DNA of 64,000 nt from Eledone cirrhosa (taxonomy: Eukaryota). The first letter of the stretch is position 1. Every line of letters begins with the position of its first letter. A model generated the notes under the pieces. It had not been told where the DNA came from and made no database searches. It worked only from the letters and a program-made list of their open reading frames with translations. Both the position numbers and the translations under genes were made by a program. The stretch is taken from the NCBI GenBank assembly GCA_964016885.1, contig OZ024744.1:123628001-123692000 (forward strand), read 5' to 3'. Positions 53,224 to 62,264 of the stretch are shown here, one piece after another.

Positions 53224-55818
53224 TGATGCTTTCGACAGTAAGGAAGAACATTTAGAGTCGGACAATATAGAGGGAGAGTGGGAATTTCTGAAAGCAAACC
53301 TGCTGTTGGCGACAGACGAAGTCTGTGGCTGGAGCAGGCCTGTAGGCAGGAGGAGAGTAACATGGTGGTGGAACAGTAAGGTGGAGGGGTCAATTAAGGC
53401 CAAAAAGCAGGCTTGGAAAGTATGGCGGGATGGGGGAAGTAGAGAGGACTATCAAGTGGCCAGGAGGGAAGCTAGGAGACAAGTGTACTTAGCAAGAAGG
53501 GAAGCTGAGGAAAGAAAGTTCAAGCATGTTCTACAACGCGATGACCAAAAACGTGAGGACTTCAGGATTGCTAGGCAATGCGTCAAGGAAAACCGTGATA
53601 TTGTCGGGGAGAAGTGTGTACTAAACGACGATGGCACACTTGCCATCACCGACGCTGATAAGAAGGTAGCTTGGAAGTGTCACTATGAAAGGCTACTAAA
53701 TGAGGAGAATAATTGGGAGAAAGGCAGTCTCCCCCATATCGACCCAATAGAGGGACCAGCAGTGTTAGTCGAGGGGAGTATAATAAGTAAGACAATCAAG
53801 GATATGAAGATGGGTAAGGCGGCTGGGCCTTCGGAAATAGTTGCTGAGATGCTGAAGGCATCTGGCACGGTGGGACACACCATGGTCACCCGCATAGTTA
53901 ACCAAGTCGTACAGAATGGGGTTGTTCCGAAGGACTGGCATAGCAGCATCATCGTTAACTGTTATAAGGGTAAAGGAGACGCCCTAGATAGGAGTAACTA
54001 TAGAGGCATTAAATTAATCGACCAGGTCATGAAGGTCACGGAAAAAGTAATAGCGCAACTAATCAGAGAGAGAATTGACCTAGATGAAATGCAGTTCGGG
54101 TTTGTGTCAGGCAAAAGTACCACAGACGCTCTTTTCATAGTACGACAACTACAGGAGAAGTACCTAGCTAAAGGTAAACCCCTCTACTTAGCTTTTGTCG
54201 ACTTGGAGAAAGCCTTCGACAGAGTCCCCCGCTCCATTATCTGGTGGGCTCTTAGAAAACTAGGCGTTGACGAATGGCTTGTGAGGGCTATACAAGCCAT
54301 GTATAAAGAAACAGTCAGCAAGGTTAGAATTAACAACGAATATAGTGAAGAGTTTAGCGTAAAAGTTGGCGTCCATCAGGGCTCTGTTCTCAGCCCACTA
54401 CTATTTATTATTGCCCTTCAGGCTATAACAGAGGAGTTCAAGACAGGCTGCCCATGGGAACTCCTATACGCAGACGACCTGACACTCATAGCGGAATCAA
54501 TGGCCGAGCTAGAGAAGAAATTCCAAACATGGAAGCACGGCCTAGAGTCAAAAGGACTTAAAATTAACCTGGCTAAGACCAAAGTACTAGTTTGTAGGAA
54601 AGAAAACAAGGCGGCGGTCCCTTCTGGGAAATGGTCGTGCTCGGTGTGTAGGAAAGGCGTAGGTAGAAACTCCATTTTATGTCCTAAATGCAAAGTATGG
54701 GTGCATAAAAGATGTAGTGGGATCACAGGTAAGCTAACTAAGAACATAGATTTTACATGTGGCCGGTGCTCTGGTGCAATAAGTAGCAGCAAGTGCCCAC
54801 AAACTACTAGCTCTTTCAATTGCGCAGAGGGTTCTATAGAAATAGTGGACAGCTTCCGTTACCTGGGCGATAAAATCAGCAGTGGGGGAGGGTGCTCTGA
54901 AAGTACTGTAGCTAGAGTCAGAACTGGTTGGAAAAAGTTCAGAGAGCTTATACCACTATTAGCTGCTAAAGGGTTCTCACTAAAAATGAAAGGCAGGTTG
55001 TACGATGCCTGCATACGAACAGCAATGCTGCATGGCAGTGAGACCTGGGCATTGTGTGCAGAGGATATACGCAGACTAGAGAGGAACGAAGCTTGCATGC
55101 TCCGCTGGATGTGTAACAGTAATATACGTGAACGGCAAAGCATAAACGAACTAAGGAAAAAATTAGAGATAAGAGGGATCAGATGTTGTTTACTCGAGAG
55201 AAGGCTACGTTGGTATGGACACGTGATGCGCATGAAAGTCGATAGCTGTATAACAAAGTGCAGGGCAATAAAGATAGACGGTAGTCACGGAATAGGCAGA
55301 CCTAGAAAAACCTGGGACGAGCTGATAAACTCCGACATCACACACTTACACCTCTCCAAGACAATGTCACTGGACCGAGACCTTTGGCGGTACTCAGTAA
55401 CAGAGAAGACCCGCCTTACCTAAATATATAGTAAAACCTACTCCGACCAGTAGGCATCTCTAACAAAATACACCCCGTCCCACCACCACCACCCCCACCC
55501 GATCCACACCACCCCGTTCTATGTAAAGTTATGTTGGTGCCGCGCCATCGAGGCTGAAACAAATGAGATCGTGTAGGTGTCACGACAAAAAAACACACAG
55601 TCCACGCTGTAATGTGGCCGTGTAGGCAACACGGTAAAAACCTCCCAGACCCACACTGTAAATGTGGTTGGTGTTAGGAAGGGCATCCAACTGTAGAAAA
55701 CCTGCCAGACAGTCCTATGCGAGCAAGACAATCACTCTTGCCTCAAGTGGGACTACCCCCGTCCAAACCCATGCAAGCGTGGAACACGGACGTTAAACGT
55801 TGATGATGATGATGATGA
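53224..55818 (+). mobile_element. 5'-truncated RTE-clade LINE with an uninterrupted RT-containing ORF and (GAT)n tail
   Basis: Contains the 705-aa ORF; the 3' UTR is homologous to 36160-36519; ends gacgttaaacgt(tga)n. Confidence 0.95.
53306..55423 (+). CDS. RTE LINE ORF (reverse transcriptase, PHD-like zinc finger, C-terminal domain); the N-terminal APE endonuclease is missing
   Basis: KGKGD..NYRGIKL, QFGF, FVDLEKAFDRV, GVHQGSVLSPLLF, LLYADDL, CSVC..CPKC..WVHKRC..CGRC, FRYLG. The frame stays open upstream to ~53220, so the listed start is not a true initiator. Confidence 0.93.
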   Translation: MATDEVCGWSRPVGRRRVTWWWNSKVEGSIKAKKQAWKVWRDGGSREDYQVARREARRQVYLARREAEERKFKHVLQRDDQKREDFRIARQCVKENRDIVGEKCVLNDDGTLAITDADKKVAWKCHYERLLNEENNWEKGSLPHIDPIEGPAVLVEGSIISKTIKDMKMGKAAGPSEIVAEMLKASGTVGHTMVTRIVNQVVQNGVVPKDWHSSIIVNCYKGKGDALDRSNYRGIKLIDQVMKVTEKVIAQLIRERIDLDEMQFGFVSGKSTTDALFIVRQLQEKYLAKGKPLYLAFVDLEKAFDRVPRSIIWWALRKLGVDEWLVRAIQAMYKETVSKVRINNEYSEEFSVKVGVHQGSVLSPLLFIIALQAITEEFKTGCPWELLYADDLTLIAESMAELEKKFQTWKHGLESKGLKINLAKTKVLVCRKENKAAVPSGKWSCSVCRKGVGRNSILCPKCKVWVHKRCSGITGKLTKNIDFTCGRCSGAISSSKCPQTTSSFNCAEGSIEIVDSFRYLGDKISSGGGCSESTVARVRTGWKKFRELIPLLAAKGFSLKMKGRLYDACIRTAMLHGSETWALCAEDIRRLERNEACMLRWMCNSNIRERQSINELRKKLEIRGIRCCLLERRLRWYGHVMRMKVDSCITKCRAIKIDGSHGIGRPRKTWDELINSDITHLHLSKTMSLDRDLWRYSVTEKTRLT

Positions 55819-56206
55819 TATATATATGTATATATGTATATATATGTATATATGTATATATATATATATATATGTATATGTATATATATGTATATATGTA
55901 TATATATATATATATGTATATATGTATATATATGTATATATGTATATATATATATATATGTATATGTATGCATGCTACTGTACGTCTGTATACATATATG
56001 TATGTACGTATACATACATACTTACATTTAAGTAAGTGCCATACTAAGAGTGAGAAATGAAATTTCGTTTTCATTTTTTTCAACTTATCGTTTTCGGTAT
56101 GCCTGACCGATTTAACTCACTCAATATGCAAATTAGGCTGCTCAGCCGTTAATTTTCATAAGGAAAGTATATACTTTCGAACGTTCAACTATCTGGCAGA
56201 TGGGTA

Positions 56207-56251
56207 AACGGTGCTGATGATAGCTAACAAGCTTGAAACTAGTACATCGTT
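56207..56251 (+). ncRNA. Minimal type I hammerhead ribozyme, unit 1 (predicted cleavage after 56244)
   Basis: AACGGTG-CTGATGA-T-AGCT(AACA)AGCT-T-GAAA-CTAG-TA-CATCGTT: 7-bp stem I, intact core, palindromic ACTAGT stem III, GUA triplet. Confidence 0.9.
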
Positions 56252-56698
56252 CCTGTGTCAGTGTTGAACAAAAAGGTGACGTGGTTGCCTTAACACCGTA
56301 TGGCATAAATTCAGGCTGTTCGGTTTGTTGACAAACAAACGAACAAAGCGGCGTTGTAATAAACGTCCGCTAAACTGATGCGTGCATATATGTATGTGTA
56401 CCTGTATGCATATATGTATATATATGTATATGTATGTATATATATATATATGTATATGTATGCATGCTACTGTACGTCTGTATACATATATGTATGTACG
56501 TATACATACATACTTACATTTAAGTAAGTGCCATACTAAGAGTGAGAAATGAAATTTCGTTTTCATTTTTTTCAACTTATCGTTTTCGGTATGCCTGACC
56601 GATTTAACTCACTCAATATGCAAATTAGGCTGCTCAGCCGTTAATTTTCATAAGGAAAGTATATACTTTCGAACGTTCAACTATCTGGCAGATGGGTA

Positions 56699-56743
56699 AA
56701 CGGTGCTGATGATAGCTAACAAGCTTGAAACTAGTACATCGTT
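56699..56743 (+). ncRNA. Hammerhead ribozyme, unit 2
   Basis: Same motif as unit 1. Confidence 0.9.
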
Positions 56744-57192
56744 CCTGTATCAGTGTTGAACAAAAAGGTGACGTGGTTGCCTTAACACCGTATGGCATAA
56801 ATTCAGGCTGTTCGGTTTGTTGACAAACAAACGAACAAAGCGGCGTTGTAATAAACGTCCGCTAAACTGATGCGTGCATATATGTATGTGTACCTGTATG
56901 CATATATGTATATATATGTATATGTATGTATATATATATATATATGTATATGTATGCATGCTACTGTACGTCTGTATACATATATGTATGTACGTATACA
57001 TACATACTTACATTTAAATAAGTGCCATACTAAGAGTGAGAAATGAAATTTCGTTTTCATTTTTTTCAACTTATCGTTTTCGGTATGCCTGACCGATTTA
57101 ACTCACTCAATATGCAAATTAGGCTGCTCAGCCGTTAATTTTCATAAGGAAAGTATATACTTTCGAACGTTCAACTATCTGGCAGATGGGTA

Positions 57193-57237
57193 AACGGTCC
57201 TGATGATAGCTAACAAGCTTGAAACTAGTACATCGTT
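57193..57237 (+). ncRNA. Hammerhead ribozyme, unit 3 (G>C at 57199 breaks the core-proximal stem I pair)
   Basis: aacggtC-ctgatga instead of aacggtG-ctgatga. Confidence 0.8.
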
Positions 57238-57686
57238 CCTGTGTCAGTGTTGAACAAAAAGGTGACGTGGTTGCCTTAACACCGTATGGCATAAATTCAG
57301 GCTGTTCGGTTTGTTGACAAACAAACGAACAAAGCGGCGTTGTAATAAACGTCCGCTAAACTGATGCGTGCATATATGTATGTGTACCTGTATGCATATA
57401 TGTATATATATGTATATGTATGTATATATATATATATATGTATATGTATGCATGCTACTGTACGTCTGTATACATATATGTATGTACGTATACATACATA
57501 CTTACATTTAAGTAAGTGCCATACTAAGAGTGAGAAATGAAATTTCGTTTTCATTTTTTTCAACTTATCGTTTTCGGTATGCCTGACCGATTTAACTCAC
57601 TCAATATGCAAATTAGGCTGCTCAGCCGTTAATTTTCATAAGGAAAGTATATACTTTCGAACGTTCAACTATCTGGCAGATGGGTA

Positions 57687-57731
57687 AACGGTGCTGATGA
57701 TAGCTAACAAGCTTGAAACTAGTACATCGTT
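57687..57731 (+). ncRNA. Hammerhead ribozyme, unit 4
   Basis: Same motif as unit 1. Confidence 0.9.
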
Positions 57732-58178
57732 CCTGTGTCAGTGTTGAACAAAAAGGTGACGTGGTTGCCTTAACACCGTATGGCATAAATTCAGGCTGTT
57801 CGGTTTGTTGACAAACAAACGAACAAAGCGGCGTTGTAATAAACGTCCGCTAAACTGATGCGTGCATATATGTATGTGTACCTGTATGCATATATGTATA
57901 TATATGTATATGTATGTATATATATATATATGTATATGTATGCATGCTACTGTACGTCTGTATACATATATGTATGTACGTATACATACATACTTACATT
58001 TAAGTAAGTGCCATACTAAGAGTGAGAAATGAAATTTCGTTTTCATTTTTTTCAACTTATCGTTTTCGGTATGCCTGACCGATTTAACTCACTCAATATG
58101 CAAATTAGGCTGCTCAGCCGTTAATTTTCATAAGGAAAGTATATACTTTCGAACGTTCAACTATCTGGCAGATGGGTA

Positions 58179-58223
58179 AACGGTGCTGATGATAGCTAAC
58201 AAGCTTGAAACTAGTACATCGTT
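58179..58223 (+). ncRNA. Hammerhead ribozyme, unit 5
   Basis: Same motif as unit 1. Confidence 0.9.
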
Positions 58224-58672
58224 CCTGTGTCAGTGTTGAACAAAAAGGTGACGTGGTTGCCTTAACACCGTATGGCATAAATTCAGGCTGTTCGGTTTGT
58301 TGACAAACAAACGAACAAAGCGGCGTTGTAATAAACGTCCGCTAAACTGATGCGTGCATATATGTATGTGTACCTGTATGCATATATGTATATATATGTA
58401 TATGTATGTATATATATATATATATGTATATGTATGCATGCTACTGTACGTCTGTATACATATATGTATGTACGTATACATACATACTTACATTTAAGTA
58501 AGTGCCATACTAAGAGTGAGAAATGAAATTTCGTTTTCATTTTTTTCAACTTATCGTTTTCGGTATGCCTGACCGATTTAACTCACTCAATATGCAAATT
58601 AGGCTGCTCAGCCGTTAATTTTCATAAGGAAAGTATATACTTTCGAACGTTCAACTATCTGGCAGATGGGTA

Positions 58673-58717
58673 AACGGTGCTGATGATAGCTAACAAGCTT
58701 GAAACTAGTACATCGTT
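58673..58717 (+). ncRNA. Hammerhead ribozyme, unit 6
   Basis: Same motif as unit 1. Confidence 0.9.
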
Positions 58718-59168
58718 CCTGTGTCAGTGTTGAACAAAAAGGTGACGTGGTTGCCTTAACACCGTATGGCATAAATTCAGGCTGTTCGGTTTGTTGACAA
58801 ACAAACGAACAAAGCGGCGTTGTAATAAACGTCCGCTAAACTGATGCGTGCATATATGTATGTGTACCTGTATGCATATATGTATATATATGTATATGTA
58901 TGTATATATATATATATATATGTATATGTATGCATGCTACTGTACGTCTGTATACATATATGTATGTACGTATACATACATACTTACATTTAAGTAAGTG
59001 CCATACTAAGAGTGAGAAATGAAATTTCGTTTTCATTTTTTTCAACTTATCGTTTTCGGTATGCCTGACCGATTTAACTCACTCAATATGCAAATTAGGC
59101 TGCTCAGCCGTTAATTTTCATAAGGAAAGTATATACTTTCGAACGTTCAACTATCTGGCAGATGGGTA

Positions 59169-59213
59169 AACGGTGCTGATGATAGCTAACAAGCTTGAAA
59201 CTAGTACATCGTT
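59169..59213 (+). ncRNA. Hammerhead ribozyme, unit 7
   Basis: Same motif as unit 1. Confidence 0.9.
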
Positions 59214-59662
59214 CCTGTGTCAGTGTTGAACAAAAAGGTGACGTGGTTGCCTTAACACCGTATGGCATAAATTCAGGCTGTTCGGTTTGTTGACAAACAA
59301 ACGAACAAAGCGGCGTTGTAATAAACGTCCGCTAAACTGATGCGTGCATATATGTATGTGTACCTGTATGCATATATGTATATATATGTATATGTATGTA
59401 TATATATATATATATGTATATGTATGCATGCTACTGTACGTCTGTATACATATATGTATGTACGTATACATACATACTTACATTTAAGTAAGTGCCATAC
59501 TAAGAGTGAGAAATGAAATTTCGTTTTCATTTTTTTCAACTTATCGTTTTCGGTATGCCTGACCGATTTAACTCACTCAATATGCAAATTAGGCTGCTCA
59601 GCCGTTAATTCTCATAAGGAAAGTATATACTTTCGAACGTTCAACTATCTGGCAGATGGGTA

Positions 59663-59707
59663 AACGGTGCTGATGATAGCTAACAAGCTTGAAACTAGTA
59701 CATCGTT
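59663..59707 (+). ncRNA. Hammerhead ribozyme, unit 8
   Basis: Same motif as unit 1. Confidence 0.9.
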
Positions 59708-60035
59708 CCTGTGTCAGTGTTGAACAAAAAGGTGACGTGGTTGCCTTAACACCGTATGGCATAAATTCAGGCTGTTCGGTTTGTTGACAAACAAACGAAC
59801 AAAGCGGCGTTGTAATAAACGTCCGCTAAACTGATGCGTGCATATATGTATGTGTACCTGTATGCATATATGTATATATATGTATATGTATGTATATATA
59901 TATATATATGTATATGTATGCATGCTACTGTACGTCTGTATACATATATGTATGTACGTATACATACATACTTACATTTAAGTAAGTGCCATACTAAGAG
60001 TGAGAAATGAAATTTCGTTTTCATTTTTTTCAACT

Positions 60036-60036
<1 letters not shown>

Positions 60037-60066
<30 letters not shown>

Positions 60067-60175
60067 ATATGTATATCTATATATATATGTATATATGTAT
60101 ATCTATATATATATGTATATATGTATAAATATATATATATGTATATATGTATATATATATATATATATGTGTATA

Positions 60176-60208
<33 letters not shown>

Positions 60209-60289
60209 ATCTATATATATATGTATCTATATATATATGTATCTATATATATATGTATATATATATATATATGTATCTATATATATATG

Positions 60290-60336
<47 letters not shown>

Positions 60337-60515
60337 GTATATATATATGTATATATATATATATGTATATATATATGTATATATATATATATGTATATAT
60401 ATATGTATATATATATATATGTATATATATATATGTATATATATATGTGTATATGTATATATATATGTATATGTATATATATATATGTATATATATATAT
60501 ATGTATATATATATG

Positions 60516-60562
<47 letters not shown>

Positions 60563-60718
60563 GTATATATGTATATATGTATATATATGTATATGTGTAT
60601 ATATATATATGTATATGTATATATATATATATGTGTATATGTATATATATATGTATATATATATATGTATATATATATATGTATATATATATGTATATAT
60701 GTATATGTATATATATAT
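60037..60718. repeat. (TA)n/(TATG) microsatellite
   Basis: Direct reading. Confidence 0.97.
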
Positions 60719-61221
60719 GTTGAAATAAAATGAAAACGAAATTTCATTTCTCACTCTTAGTATGGCACTTACTTAAATGTAAGTATGCATGTATACGTAC
60801 AAACATATATGTATACAGACGTACAGTAGCATGCATATATATATATATATATATATACATGTGCATACAGGTACACATACATATATGCACGTATCAGTTT
60901 AGCGGACGCTTATTATAACGCCGCTTTGTTTGTTTGTAAACAAACTGAACAGCCTGAATTTATGCCATACGGTGTTAAGGCAACCACGTCACCTTTTTGT
61001 TCAACACTGACACAGGAACGATGTACTAGTTTCAAGCTTGTTAGCTATCATCAGCACCGTTTACCCATCTGCCAGATAGTTGAACGTTCGAAAGTATATA
61101 CTTTCCTTATGAAAATTAACGGCTGAGCAGCCTAATTTGCATATTAAACAAAGCGGCGTTATAATAAGCGTCCGCTAAACTGATACGTGCATATATGTAT
61201 GTGTACCTGTATGCATATGTA

Positions 61222-61279
<58 letters not shown>

Positions 61280-61331
61280 TGCCACTGTACGTCTGTATAC
61301 ATATATGTATGTACGTATACATGCATACTTA
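60719..61331 (-). mobile_element. Inverted, slightly diverged sub-monomer of the 494-bp unit (60719-61145) with a 5' inverted segment (61146-61331)
   Basis: Reverse complement of the unit from ...ttcaac back to aatatgcaaattagg, followed by a + orientation piece aaacaaagcggcg...catactta. Confidence 0.9.
61017..61061 (-). ncRNA. Hammerhead ribozyme in the inverted copy
   Basis: aacgatgtactagtttcaagcttgttagctatcatcagcaccgtt is the exact reverse complement of the unit 1 motif. Confidence 0.9.
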
Positions 61332-61371
61332 TATATATATGTATATATATATATGTATATATATATATGTA

Positions 61372-61737
61372 TAAAAACAAATAACGAAACGAAATTAAAT
61401 TTCGTTTCGTTTGTAACTCACTTTTGTATGACTGACGCTTAAACAATTAAGTTAAAAATGTACATCCACACATGTATACTGAAATACTAGTATGCATATG
61501 AATACACCCACGTATACATATGTAGATGTACCGAGTTTTTCACTGGTCACTTTACTGTGAGTGTCCAGCTATTCTGTATGTAAACACACAGTATATGTTT
61601 ACATACAGAATAGCTGGACACTCACAGTAAAGTGACCAGTGAAAAACTCGGTACATCTACATATGTATACGTGTGTGTATTCATATGCATACTAGTATTT
61701 CAGTATACATATGTGGATGTACATTTTTAACTTAATT
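61372..61737. repeat. Fold-back element: 142-bp arms (61445-61586 and 61596-61737, 2 mismatches), 9-nt spacer, ~70-bp unique tail on the left, inside (TA)n
   Basis: aattaagttaaaaatgtacatcc...gtaaaca-cacagtata-tgtttac...ggatgtacatttttaacttaatt. Confidence 0.9.
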
Positions 61738-61792
61738 ATATATGTATATATATATATGTATATATATGTATATATATATGTATATATATATG

Positions 61793-61861
<69 letters not shown>

Positions 61862-62080
61862 GTATATATATGTATATATATGTATATATATGTATATATA
61901 TGTATATATATATGTATATATATGTATATATATGTATATATATGTATATATATGTATGTATATATATGTATATATATGTATGTATATGTATATATATATG
62001 TATATATATGTATATATATATATATATGTATATATATGTATATATATATATATATGTATATATATGTATATATATGTATA

Positions 62081-62125
<45 letters not shown>

Positions 62126-62136
62126 GTATATATATG

Positions 62137-62196
<60 letters not shown>

Positions 62197-62264
62197 TATA
62201 TATATGTATATGTATATATATATGTATATATATATGTATATATATGTATATATATGTATATATA
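61738..62264. repeat. (TA)n/(TATG) microsatellite
   Basis: Direct reading. Confidence 0.97.

Larger units (their letters stand above)
55960..60037 (+). repeat. Tandem array of ~8.3 near-identical 492-496 bp non-coding units, each with one hammerhead ribozyme (candidate non-LTR retrozyme)
   Basis: CTGATGA cores at 56214, 56706, 57200, 57694, 58186, 58680, 59176 and 59670. Length differences come from an internal (TA)n tract. Flanked by (TA)n. Confidence 0.93.

Noticed and set aside
55743-60033. Repeated 66-105 aa ORFs ([10 protein letters not shown]..., MYTYIHIC...) in the 494-bp units
   Set aside because: The frame changes between units with the internal TA length and no domain is recognisable; the unit is better explained as structured RNA.
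61596-61665. Possible half-hammerhead (ctggacact...agtgaccag-t-gaaaaactcggta-catc)
   Set aside because: No CTGANGA core and extra A residues after GAAA; too weak to call.
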